From the IMG/VR virus record IMGVR_UViG_3300019776_000212, positions 32,212 through 96,211 of that record: a stretch of DNA of 64,000 nucleotides; one strand, written 5' to 3'. A model generated the notes under the pieces. It did no database searches. It was not told where the DNA came from and worked only from the letters and a program-made list of their open reading frames with translations. The DNA comes from a virus. Positions 1-8,252 of the stretch are shown here, in pieces. Every line of letters begins with the position of its first letter. The first letter of the stretch is position 1. Position numbers and translations under genes: made by a program.

Positions 1-270
1 CTTGTGCGTGCAATCAATCTGCACAGGCTCAGGCCCTTTGAGCTTGGCGATACGCTTAGCTAACGCCTGCTGCCTACCCTCTAAGATTGCCCTAAGGTCA
101 AAGTAGTCATCCGCATCCATCTGGCCAGACTGAGACTCAAGCTCTGACAACAGCTTGTCTAAGTGGTCTGCCTGTTCTGCCGTTGGGTCTATCCGATAGC
201 GTAGGGGCTTTGGTGGCTTGGGCTCTTTTGCATTCTCAACCCAACTGGGCAAGCGTTGACGTCTGGCCAT
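1..270 (-). CDS. hypothetical protein, runs off window start
   Basis: Manual translation MARRQRLPSWVENAKEPKPP..., open to position 1, GAGG upstream; not in ORF track. Confidence 0.65.
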   Translation of the reverse strand, partial: MARRQRLPSWVENAKEPKPPKPLRYRIDPTAEQADHLDKLLSELESQSGQMDADDYFDLRAILEGRQQALAKRIAKLKGPEPVQIDCTHK

Positions 271-285
271 ACATAGTCCTCAGGT

Positions 286-317
286 GTAAAAATGCCCCGG
301 TGTTAACCGGGGCTTGG
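286..317 (-). terminator. intrinsic terminator
   Basis: GCCCCGGT/ACCGGGGC hairpin followed by T-run on minus strand. Confidence 0.65.
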
Positions 318-320
318 GCA

Positions 321-620
321 TTATCGAGAGTTCAGCAGGTAGTTGATATGTTCGGCGGTTACCCAACCGGCCTCCACCTTTGGTGAGACTTTAAAACCGT
401 CCGTTGCATTGCACACGCTGGCATTGCTGACCCCCAAGGCTTCGACAAGGGACATGTAAATGTCCCCTTTCACAGGGTGAACCGAGCATCCTGTCAGAAT
501 GACAAGCAGGGCCATCTGTTCAGCCGTAAGGCCCAGAATGTCGAAAGTTTCTGGCTTGGCTTCTGAGATAACCACCAACTCGGTTACCGCAGCACGGGCT
601 TTGTTCTTGACTACTTCCAC
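321..620 (-). CDS. early hypothetical protein (paralog of 635-946)
   Basis: AGGAG SD; N-terminus AVTE-x-EAKP-x-TFD-x-GL shared with neighbour. Confidence 0.8.
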   Translation of the reverse strand: MEVVKNKARAAVTELVVISEAKPETFDILGLTAEQMALLVILTGCSVHPVKGDIYMSLVEALGVSNASVCNATDGFKVSPKVEAGWVTAEHINYLLNSR

Positions 621-634
621 ATTCTTTCTCCTTG

Positions 635-946
635 TTAAAACTCTTTGCCGAATTCCGCCACGCAGTTATCCACGTGGGTTTTAGTGATTTCAAGATTCTG
701 GCCTCCGTTACTGGGACTCTTGTTCAGGTCGAAAAAGAAGTTATTGGGAAGTCCCGCCAACTTCCTCATACCCTCATAAAGGGCATAGCTCTGCTTGTTG
801 TCACCGCAAGTGCGTGCAACGGACATGATCAACACGGCCAACTGCGCTTCACTCAAACCTGTGAGGTCAAAGGTAGCGGGCTTGGCTTCTGTTACAGTTA
901 CAATTTCAGTTACTGCTGGAGTTGCTTGATGTTTGGTCAGTTGCAT
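635..946 (-). CDS. early hypothetical protein (paralog of 321-620)
   Basis: GGGGAG SD; shared N-terminal motif. Confidence 0.8.
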   Translation of the reverse strand: MQLTKHQATPAVTEIVTVTEAKPATFDLTGLSEAQLAVLIMSVARTCGDNKQSYALYEGMRKLAGLPNNFFFDLNKSPSNGGQNLEITKTHVDNCVAEFGKEF

Positions 947-948
947 AA

Positions 949-1080
949 TTACTCCCCTTGTTCAGTTTGGCGGCGAATGTCACGGCCAGCACGTTTCGAC
1001 TTGTCAGCTTTACGCAGTTCTTTCTGTGCTGCGCGGTATTCACGGTCGCTTGCGAAGTCCGAGGCTTTGAGTTGACGCAT
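949..1080 (-). CDS. small basic hypothetical protein (43 aa)
   Basis: Start reassigned to MRQLKASD, downstream of promoter and AAGGA SD. Confidence 0.65.
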   Translation of the reverse strand: MRQLKASDFASDREYRAAQKELRKADKSKRAGRDIRRQTEQGE

Positions 1081-1113
1081 TTTGTTTCTTCCTTTGTGTG
1101 TGTAGAGGTGTGT

Positions 1114-1142
1114 AGTATGTCTGCTATAAGGACTGCTGTCAA
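1114..1142 (-). promoter_or_regulatory. sigma70-type promoter
   Basis: TTGACA-17-CATACT. Confidence 0.75.
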
Positions 1143-1163
1143 GCAATCCCTATAACAAATTTT

Positions 1164-1415
1164 CTACTTACGTGGTGCCAGTGTGAGGACACCAGCATAC
1201 TGCCCGGTATTGGCAAGTTGCACCTGCCAGCCCAAGCTTTTACGGCACACCCCAGCAGCGCGGAGGGCTTCATAGATGGCACTCATGCCGCCACCGTAGT
1301 TGAACTGACCCACCACATTAAGCAGCAATTCAGCTTCATGTGCGGACAGATTGAGTGTTACGCTGCCAGCTTCCACAACTACTGTACGATCAGGGTTTTT
1401 GATTGCAGTTGCCAT
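1164..1415 (-). CDS. early hypothetical protein
   Basis: Tight gene packing; weak similarity to 321/635 family (TLxLSxxEAxLL...IYxAL). Confidence 0.75.
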   Translation of the reverse strand: MATAIKNPDRTVVVEAGSVTLNLSAHEAELLLNVVGQFNYGGGMSAIYEALRAAGVCRKSLGWQVQLANTGQYAGVLTLAPRK

Positions 1416-1418
1416 GTC

Positions 1419-1730
1419 TCAACCCTCTTTAGTTTGTTTGTCGAATCGATACTCAATACCGGCTACCTTTGCATAGGTGAGGGTGTCGAGATTGATAGTA
1501 CGGAATGCGTCAGCCGCACCAACATCCGCTACAGTGTAAAGCTCTGGCTTGTGTGCAGTAGTGGACTTTTCACGCTTGTTCTTGTCACCGCTTGCGAGCA
1601 TACGCTCTACAAACTTCTTGCACTGCATCTTACGGATGCTGCCGTCTTTCTTCACGAATTCAACAGCAAACATCTGACCTTTTGCAGAGTCGAGAATTGC
1701 GCGCTTACGTTCGATAGTTACGACTGCCAT
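1419..1730 (-). CDS. WYL_2/SH3-like putative nucleic-acid-binding protein
   Basis: FAVEFVKKDGSIRKM...FRTINL motif typical of this phage family. Confidence 0.55.
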   Translation of the reverse strand: MAVVTIERKRAILDSAKGQMFAVEFVKKDGSIRKMQCKKFVERMLASGDKNKREKSTTAHKPELYTVADVGAADAFRTINLDTLTYAKVAGIEYRFDKQTKEG

Positions 1731-1769
1731 TTTTTTTTTGTGTTACTCCGTTGCTTTCTGATGTTTGTC

Positions 1770-1797
1770 ATTCTACAGCGTTGTGGCTAGGTGTCAA
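1770..1797 (-). promoter_or_regulatory. sigma70-type promoter
   Basis: TTGACA-16-TAGAAT. Confidence 0.75.
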
Positions 1798-1812
1798 GCT
1801 TTTATTTGTGCC

Positions 1813-2172
1813 TTATTGCCCTCGGTTGTACAGTTGTTTGATCAGGACTTCGAACCACTGCACTTTGTAGGCATGGCATTTTGGGCAGGTAAGGCCACCT
1901 TCTGCCCTCATCTGTTTGAACTCTGGGTCAGTGCGAGCCAGAAGGCCACTAATGGAGATTGAGGTGTTCACCCCGCCCACTTTGTGTTCATAGTGGGCGC
2001 CCATTTCATTTGAGATTTCACGCTTGGCGTTTTCACGCTCAGCGTTCGACAACTTACCTTCTGCAAACATACCGTCAAGTACGTGGCACAGGTAGCTGCC
2101 CGGTCTGTAGGCTGGGCTTGAAAGGGCGGCACGCAGTACCTTGGAAGTGCGGCGAACTTTTGGGAGCGCCAT
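1813..2172 (-). CDS. hypothetical protein
   Basis: TAATG coupling to upstream gene; CPKC near C-terminus. Confidence 0.75.
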   Translation of the reverse strand: MALPKVRRTSKVLRAALSSPAYRPGSYLCHVLDGMFAEGKLSNAERENAKREISNEMGAHYEHKVGGVNTSISISGLLARTDPEFKQMRAEGGLTCPKCHAYKVQWFEVLIKQLYNRGQ

Positions 2173-2360
2173 TACTTAGCCCCCTTGCGGATCACCAGAA
2201 CGGGTGAGCCACTGATATTGTGCACGGTGCTCATCACTTCTTTACGTTGGCGGCTGCTGGCGTGAACGTCTACACCCCAGCGACGTACGGCCATCGCACC
2301 GTTATCTACAGCTTTGCCGAACGCACGGGCAGCAGAACGGGATTTGAATTGAATTTGCAT
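2172..2360 (-). CDS. small conserved phage hypothetical protein
   Basis: CAACGGAG SD; FKSRxAARAFGKxVDNG...RW motif. Confidence 0.75.
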   Translation of the reverse strand: MQIQFKSRSAARAFGKAVDNGAMAVRRWGVDVHASSRQRKEVMSTVHNISGSPVLVIRKGAK

Positions 2361-2401
2361 GATACTCTCCGTTGTAGGCTTGATTGCCTTGTGTGGTAAA
2401 G

Positions 2402-2430
2402 ATTCTAATCAATGCTGCTAACCTTGTCAA
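2402..2430 (-). promoter_or_regulatory. sigma70-type promoter
   Basis: TTGACA-17-TAGAAT. Confidence 0.8.
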
Positions 2431-2448
2431 CAGCATTTGTTAAAAGCT

Positions 2449-2661
2449 TTACTCAACCGTACACCAATTGTCTGTTCCGTAGTACTGGTGCACGAACCAT
2501 TCGCAATCGTCGAGGAAATCGGCCACTCCGTGCTCTTCCCAGTGAATCACGATCTTACCATCTTCACCACGTTTGATCGTATATACGATCTCATGGTCGT
2601 CACCTTGTGCAGTGAAGCGGTAACCGTCTGGTACATGGCTATTGTCAATGTTTCGTGTCAT
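2449..2661 (-). CDS. hypothetical protein
   Basis: TAAGGAG SD. Confidence 0.75.
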   Translation of the reverse strand: MTRNIDNSHVPDGYRFTAQGDDHEIVYTIKRGEDGKIVIHWEEHGVADFLDDCEWFVHQYYGTDNWCTVE

Positions 2662-2683
2662 GTTGTCAACTCCTTACTCAGAT

Positions 2684-3166
2684 TCATTTGTTTTCTACCC
2701 AGAAAAGGCGGTCAAGTGTTTCGTCCTTTGGACGGCTCAGCAGGTAACGGCCTGCCATATTGGTGCGGCGGTTCGTTGTCTTGCTAAGCAGCTCTACTGT
2801 ACCATCTGGATTTTTGATTGCCAAGCGGTATTTGTTAGGCTTTACAACAAGGCCAACGTCTGGCCCCTTCCAACGTGCAACAGGGTGTGCACCAGTTTTA
2901 AGGCACCACTGTTTCCACACTGGCCCGTGACCGTGACCCGGCCCTGCCAGAGCGTGTGCCACTTCATGCTTGATCGTATCCACTACCAGCTCTTCGCTGT
3001 TGTTCTCAACGTAGAAGGTGCCAAGCTCGATTTGCTTCTTAGTGTAGCAGCACTGGCCCAGACGGCGAGTGGTGCGATTATTGAATACACCTTTCCAACC
3101 TTGAGCCCGTAGTCCCCACTTTTCCAGCTCTTGGATGAGGATGCGAGCCGCGTCTGCCTTATTCAT
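2684..3166 (-). CDS. SprT-like zinc metalloprotease
   Basis: HEVAH zincin motif, LGQC and HGxxWK; start MNKAD after its own promoter and SD. Confidence 0.8.
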   Translation of the reverse strand: MNKADAARILIQELEKWGLRAQGWKGVFNNRTTRRLGQCCYTKKQIELGTFYVENNSEELVVDTIKHEVAHALAGPGHGHGPVWKQWCLKTGAHPVARWKGPDVGLVVKPNKYRLAIKNPDGTVELLSKTTNRRTNMAGRYLLSRPKDETLDRLFWVENK

Positions 3167-3194
3167 TTGCATCTCCGTTGTCTTGATGAGGTAT

Positions 3195-3222
3195 ATTCTA
3201 CAGGGTTCTGATAAGCTGTCAA
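3195..3222 (-). promoter_or_regulatory. sigma70-type promoter
   Basis: TTGACA-16-TAGAAT. Confidence 0.75.
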
Positions 3223-3578
3223 CCGATATCAAAGAAGATTTCGTCATTCTCTGCATAGATGGAACGTGGCCCCATCGCCTTTGCAATCTCGTGAAGCTTG
3301 TCGCCAACGTCACCCCAACCACGATCCCAAAAACCCGTCCCGTGCCCGTTACGGGAAAGCCAGAGGTTGTGACCGATATCCGACCAATCAAGGTCAAGAC
3401 GTTCAAGGATTTCAGCAGCATCGGAAACAAACTTTGCAGCAACTTCCTTTGCCTCTTCGATTGCTGCGAGTGACCAGCTTGCACAAGTGTAGTCACCTTC
3501 ACACCCGTCAGCCCATTCAGCAGTTTCACGATACTGAACAGCGATTGCGATGATTGCGGTGTCGTTGTAATGCTTCAT
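3219..3578 (-). CDS. conserved acidic phage protein
   Basis: GHNLWLSRNGHGTGFWD motif seen in phage early proteins. Confidence 0.8.
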   Translation of the reverse strand: MKHYNDTAIIAIAVQYRETAEWADGCEGDYTCASWSLAAIEEAKEVAAKFVSDAAEILERLDLDWSDIGHNLWLSRNGHGTGFWDRGWGDVGDKLHEIAKAMGPRSIYAENDEIFFDIG

Positions 3579-3611
3579 GTGATTTATTCCGTGTTCGTTT
3601 CTGATGTGGTC

Positions 3612-3639
3612 ATTCTACACCGTCTAGAGAACACGTCAA
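3612..3639 (-). promoter_or_regulatory. sigma70-type promoter
   Basis: TTGACG-16-TAGAAT. Confidence 0.7.
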
Positions 3640-3731
3640 CAACTATTTTCAAAAAGATTTAGAGAATCTACCTATAAAGGAACGCGCACACGCGTAGCAA
3701 ATACAATGCCAACATTTGTTTGCACAAAGGC

Positions 3732-3760
3732 TTGTTTTCGCTGTTTGTGCCTAGTATAAT
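3732..3760 (+). promoter_or_regulatory. sigma70-type promoter (plus strand, no downstream ORF)
   Basis: TTGTTT-17-TATAAT. Confidence 0.6.
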
Positions 3761-3766
3761 GGCCAC

Positions 3767-3850
3767 AGCGGGCAACGGAGTACGGAGTACGGAGTACGAC
3801 CACCGGAGACAAACAGGGAGGGTGCCCGAGATTTAGTGTGGCACGGACTT
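3767..3850 (+). ncRNA. candidate GGA-repeat (Rsm/Csr-like) small RNA
   Basis: Three ACGGAGT tandem copies, six GGA motifs, closed by CGGGCA/TGCCCG. Confidence 0.4.
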
Positions 3851-3883
3851 TGCTAGGTCATAAAAATGAATGTGATTTGGTAG

Positions 3884-3911
3884 TTGACAGGGTATTCCGT
3901 TGGTGTAAACT
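3884..3911 (+). promoter_or_regulatory. sigma70-type promoter
   Basis: TTGACA-16-TAAACT. Confidence 0.5.
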
Positions 3912-4263
3912 GGCAGCACGTTTCAAAGCTGGCCCTCGACGGGGTCGGTGCCCATTCGCCTAAGCGCAGCCAATGCGAGGCTTGTTTGTGCCTGCCGTCT
4001 TTATGTTGGCACGAGACTTGCTAGCTCCAAAGTGTGACTCGATCCTAGTTTCTGGTCGAAAACGTGGAACACTCAGGAATCTCCGTGGAACAATGCTTAG
4101 CTCGCTAACTAAAATAGTTAGCCTCCTATCGAAATTGAGTAGCTCGCTAACTATCTCAACCCTCCCAGAAATATCTCCGCTCCCCCTGTGAAAAACTGTC
4201 CAGTTCCCAAATTTTAAAATCGCCCCAGTTCTAAAAATCTGTCGAGTTCCTAATTTTCCACAG

Positions 4264-4293
4264 ACAAAGAAAAGCCCCACACTTGGCGGGGCT
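4264..4293 (-). terminator. intrinsic terminator
   Basis: AGCCCCGCCAAGTGTGGGGCT followed by TTTCTTT. Confidence 0.75.
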
Positions 4294-4328
4294 CCTTCTT
4301 TCAATGCAGTTGTTCACGAGGTTCCTGA

Positions 4329-4538
4329 CTACCTCTTGCTGGCTTTCTTTACACTGTTGTCTACAGCACCTGCGGATGCTGGTATACCGATGAACAGCCA
4401 GCACACCACGAAGAACAGGCGGCCTCCTGAACTCCAGAGCGTCAAGTCCCAGCTGAAAGGGATAAAGCCTACAACACCCCACAGGAACAGGAATACACCA
4501 AACAGCACTGAAACAAAGATAGCAAACTCACGCATCAC
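4329..4538 (-). CDS. small membrane protein
   Basis: Two hydrophobic segments; AAGGAG SD. Confidence 0.75.
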   Translation of the reverse strand: MMREFAIFVSVLFGVFLFLWGVVGFIPFSWDLTLWSSGGRLFFVVCWLFIGIPASAGAVDNSVKKASKR

Positions 4539-4578
4539 AACTCTCCTTTTAAAATCAAGCTTATAGGGCCACCCCTAG

Positions 4579-4642
4579 AATCGCACGGAAAATAATCGCA
4601 GCGAATAAATAAGGGTGGCACCAATAATCGCACGGAAATAAT
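4579..4642 (+). repeat. direct repeats AATCGCACGGAAA
   Basis: Two exact copies plus a degenerate AATCGCAGCGAATA copy in an intergenic gap. Confidence 0.7.
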
Positions 4643-4659
4643 TACAGTGCAACCAATAA

Positions 4660-5739
4660 TTAAGCTTTCTTGTACACCTTGCAGGAGTAAGTTGATTGAG
4701 TAAGTCCTTTGCGAGGCCCTTCGTAGCTGTTACGAATGCAGTCTTGTTTCTCGTACAGCTTCTTCACCCGCTCAGGGCAGTCACCTCGTCCATCATTGTA
4801 GTAGATGTGCTTGGACAGTGCAACATCCAAGTTTGCATACTCAGGGCCAACCACACCTTCACGGCGTTCAGTGATCTTGACGCTGTTGTTTTCGATCACA
4901 ATACCCGGCTCTTTAGGCCCGTATTCATACTTAGGTTGGCCACCGGGGTACTCCCCAACTTTGATTTGGGTTGTCACGATGTCACTTGCAAACAAGCCAA
5001 CCCACTGGCTGTCTTTCAGAGTCTCGGTGCCGTCATCACGGATGTTAACTTGTTGGGTATAACGGCCACCGTAGTAGCGGCTTTGGTTTCGTTGGTACTC
5101 AGTGTCATACAACTGTCGATGCTGAGTCCACTCAAGCTTCACCATGCCCAAGAACTGGACTTCCTTACTCTCACGGCCAAAGGTGTGTAACTTCACCCAA
5201 TCGCCCGGCATCAAATCTTTGATCTTCAAGGCTTCTTGCACTTTCTCGATCTTGACCACTGCCTTACGGTACTCTTCGGTGTGCACAGGAAGCAGTACAT
5301 GCTTGTTGTCTGTACCCCATACGCACTCTTCCTGAATCACACCATTGATGATGGTGCAGTACTGCATCAGAGTGGTGAGGTTGCCCACTTCCACCTGCAC
5401 CTTGAATCCACGCGGATCTTCAATTTCAATGTATGTGGCCTCAGTAGTCCAACGGCCCGCCTGCCCAACAACCTTAAAACCTTTCACTGGGATGTTGTCA
5501 TAGAAGGTTTCAATACCTTCGTTTGCAGGGATTTTCGGGCCATCATACACCCACTTACCGTCCTCATACTTGGTCGGCTGGTGAGCACCGTTTCTTGCCC
5601 ACTTACGCCCTGTCTCCATCTTCTTAGATGTGGCAGCATCAGGGCTGCCATCTTTCTTTGTAGTCACTTGGGTCATATACGCCAATGGCGTACGGTTCTG
5701 GTCAACTACACTCCAGATTTGGGATTCGATCTTGATCAT
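4660..5739 (-). CDS. conserved phage hypothetical protein
   Basis: 359 aa; EDPRGF...NL...ING...CVW motif. Confidence 0.85.
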   Translation of the reverse strand: MIKIESQIWSVVDQNRTPLAYMTQVTTKKDGSPDAATSKKMETGRKWARNGAHQPTKYEDGKWVYDGPKIPANEGIETFYDNIPVKGFKVVGQAGRWTTEATYIEIEDPRGFKVQVEVGNLTTLMQYCTIINGVIQEECVWGTDNKHVLLPVHTEEYRKAVVKIEKVQEALKIKDLMPGDWVKLHTFGRESKEVQFLGMVKLEWTQHRQLYDTEYQRNQSRYYGGRYTQQVNIRDDGTETLKDSQWVGLFASDIVTTQIKVGEYPGGQPKYEYGPKEPGIVIENNSVKITERREGVVGPEYANLDVALSKHIYYNDGRGDCPERVKKLYEKQDCIRNSYEGPRKGLTQSTYSCKVYKKA

Positions 5740-6146
5740 TTTGCGGCCTCCATTACAATGCGTTTGAATTCACGAAGTTTCTCCACTTCCTCACGAAGCT
5801 CTTGGAGTTCGGAATCCATTCGGATAATGCCTTTGGCGTAATCCACCATCTGACGATTTGATGGTGGCACAATTTCTGTCCGAGTAACGCCCCCAGAGGA
5901 GATGAGTACGAAGTTTGAGAGATGTGGGCCGTCCCCGTAAGGCTCCAAGCCAAGAATCAAAGTATCACCATCCTCGTGCCGTGTGAAGCCAACTACCTTG
6001 AATACCTCACCATCTTTGCATTGGTGGGACACCCCGCCGTCTGCCCAAGCTGCTGAAAACCCCATCCTTAAGGCTGCTCCCTTGTAAGTGGAGTAGCAGC
6101 GTCCCGAGTCAGTGACGGTAACGATATCGCCCTTTTGGTATTCCAT
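5736..6146 (-). CDS. hypothetical protein
   Basis: AAGGAG SD, ATGA overlap. Confidence 0.8.
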   Translation of the reverse strand: MEYQKGDIVTVTDSGRCYSTYKGAALRMGFSAAWADGGVSHQCKDGEVFKVVGFTRHEDGDTLILGLEPYGDGPHLSNFVLISSGGVTRTEIVPPSNRQMVDYAKGIIRMDSELQELREEVEKLREFKRIVMEAAK

Positions 6147-6160
6147 AAAATTCTCCTTTA

Positions 6161-6688
6161 TTAGCTCCAGAATTTAGGTGAGATGCCCCACCAGCTTTTG
6201 TTTTGAAGGGTGATCATACCACCAGCTTCCACCACTTGGCAAGGGATTGTTTTTCGGTGAGGTGCCTTTGTGATTTCACCCATCTTGTGCACCGGGTTGT
6301 GAAATTCTCCGACACGCTCTCGCATCATCTGATCGTGCAATGCGAAAGCCATAACCTCATGCGGATCTTTCTTAACCTTTACACCCTCACGGCGCTTTCT
6401 GTCCCAGTGACGGCCACGTTGGTTGCCAGTAAACTGGCGTTCAGGGTACAGACCCGGTGCAATATCCCACTGCACTTCATCATGGTGGCTCATGCAGCGA
6501 AGTTCAAGATTGGAGAAGTCTGGGCTCTCAAGGCTGATGTAACCAATTCCGGTGCTCTTGGCCATAGCCATGCTTGCAGCACTTGCTGCAAGCTCTTCGA
6601 TGTAAGCTTGCATAAAACTGCTCTTACCATTCATGCCGTAGTGAAGTCCGTACATGATGGTCTTCTGTGCTTGGCGGTCCATTACCAT
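6161..6688 (-). CDS. hypothetical protein with PolA-like motif fragments
   Basis: RQAQKTIMYGLHYG and DFSNLELRCMSH. Confidence 0.75.
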   Translation of the reverse strand: MVMDRQAQKTIMYGLHYGMNGKSSFMQAYIEELAASAASMAMAKSTGIGYISLESPDFSNLELRCMSHHDEVQWDIAPGLYPERQFTGNQRGRHWDRKRREGVKVKKDPHEVMAFALHDQMMRERVGEFHNPVHKMGEITKAPHRKTIPCQVVEAGGMITLQNKSWWGISPKFWS

Positions 6689-6963
6689 TTACCCTCGTAG
6701 AAGAACTTGTGAACTGGAGTTGATTCTGCGCCCTCTATACGTGGTGCTGCAAACAGTGTAACCTCTCCAGTCTCGTAGTTGGTGATCTTAACAGAGATTC
6801 TCTTGTCCTGTCTACTGTCTTCGATCAGAAACTTACCGCGTTGTGTGTAAGTTTTTACATCATAACAGATGCGGCCGCGCTTACCATTCGAGTAGAGGCC
6901 TCCTACACTCTCGCACCAACTACGTGCTTCCCACTCTACTGACTGAAATGCTGCTGCGTCCAT
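6682..6963 (-). CDS. hypothetical protein
   Basis: CAACGGAG SD. Confidence 0.75.
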   Translation of the reverse strand: MDAAAFQSVEWEARSWCESVGGLYSNGKRGRICYDVKTYTQRGKFLIEDSRQDKRISVKITNYETGEVTLFAAPRIEGAESTPVHKFFYEGKW

Positions 6964-7018
6964 TTGTGTAACTCCGTTGTTTGATTGATGTACTCAGTTA
7001 TCGCTTCGTTGTGTGGGT

Positions 7019-7046
7019 AGTATACAGGGTGCAGATATGTTGTCAA
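7019..7046 (-). promoter_or_regulatory. sigma70-type promoter
   Basis: TTGACA-16-TATACT. Confidence 0.75.
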
Positions 7047-7069
7047 CCACTAAATCACTTTTCTACAGG

Positions 7070-7096
7070 CAAAAGAAAGCCCGCACATGGCGGGCT
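7070..7096 (-). terminator. intrinsic terminator
   Basis: AGCCCGCCATGTGCGGGCT followed by TTCTTTT. Confidence 0.75.
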
Positions 7097-7271
7097 AGGG
7101 GTTGGAACGTTCAGCTAGAAGAACCTCAATAAAAGCCATTCTGTCAGCAATCCATTGCCTACGTGGAGCCTTGTAAGTGACATCCATCTCAGCTTTAAGA
7201 GCCGAATATTCGGCCTTCAAATCCCTTGAACTTGTGTCCTCTAGGTGAGAGCGTTCTCTCTCATTGAGCAT
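7095..7271 (-). CDS. small hypothetical protein (58 aa)
   Basis: Manual: MLNERERSHLEDTSSRDLKAEY..., GGAGG SD, own TTGACA promoter near 7320-7349. Confidence 0.7.
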   Translation of the reverse strand: MLNERERSHLEDTSSRDLKAEYSALKAEMDVTYKAPRRQWIADRMAFIEVLLAERSNP

Positions 7272-7349
7272 TAGTCATGCCTCCTATTGTTGTAAAGAGT
7301 AATCCTTTACTCTCACCATATAGTAGCACAGTCTAACGCTCAGTGTCAA

Positions 7350-8243
7350 TCACTTAATCACTCGCTTACCCACCAGATCAACCCACACCAATTCGTAATC
7401 ATCGCCATCCCGATAACGAGGATCATCTGCGTTATCACGGAAATGGATCATATTGCTGTCGTCGGCATCGTCTGTGAGTGTGAACACGTCACCGATCTCG
7501 ATATCAGTCTCGGAATCGTTTACACTCTTCACCTTCATACCGACCTTCCATTGACTTGGATCTTTGCTGATCTGGTAGATCTGCTCCAGAGTGTAATACT
7601 CGACCACCTCCGCAGGGGCAGTGGCAATCACCGCTTTCGCCTCAGCAATCTGTTGCTTAAGGGTTTCTTGCTCTTTCTGCAAGCCATCGAAGGCTTTATT
7701 CACCTCAGCCAGTCGCTTCTCTGCACGACCTTTCTTACTGCCAGTGCGAGTAAGACGTTTCTGTACCTTGTCCAGTACGCTCTGGAGATTGCTCAACACC
7801 TTCTCTACTGATGTTGGGATAGGTTCCTGAGTTTCGGGGTATGCATTGATGTAAGGGCCAACCCACTCAAGTCCACGATCTTGGGTAAGGAATTTCTCCC
7901 GGTAGAAGTACCAGTTACCCTCTGCATCAAGCTTGTGCCAGCGATTAGTGTGACCAGCATAGCCGCTGTAATGGGTTGCACCATGTGGTGCATCGGACCA
8001 TTTTACGTCCCGATTTGACTTAGGACCAACACTTTCATCAACCTTGGTTACACAGTCAAGGCGAACAAACCACTCATTCTTGCCGTCAGTGAACAATGGG
8101 GCGAAAGAGCCATCATCTCGTTTAAGGGTCACTACCTGACCAATTTTAAACTTGTGTACTGCAATGAGGTCTGCTGGCTTATGTTGGGCCGTGATCAGCA
8201 CTTTAACGCCTTTTACGATACCCAGTTCAGATGCTTGAGACAT
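7350..8243 (-). CDS. multidomain hypothetical protein with coiled coil
   Basis: 297 aa, TAAGGAG SD, WSDAPxGATHY motif. Confidence 0.85.
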   Translation of the reverse strand: MSQASELGIVKGVKVLITAQHKPADLIAVHKFKIGQVVTLKRDDGSFAPLFTDGKNEWFVRLDCVTKVDESVGPKSNRDVKWSDAPHGATHYSGYAGHTNRWHKLDAEGNWYFYREKFLTQDRGLEWVGPYINAYPETQEPIPTSVEKVLSNLQSVLDKVQKRLTRTGSKKGRAEKRLAEVNKAFDGLQKEQETLKQQIAEAKAVIATAPAEVVEYYTLEQIYQISKDPSQWKVGMKVKSVNDSETDIEIGDVFTLTDDADDSNMIHFRDNADDPRYRDGDDYELVWVDLVGKRVIK

Positions 8244-8252
8244 AACTACTCC

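Noticed and set aside
3775-3798. CRISPR-like or VNTR array
   Set aside because: Three 7-nt tandem units with no spacers and no cas genes.
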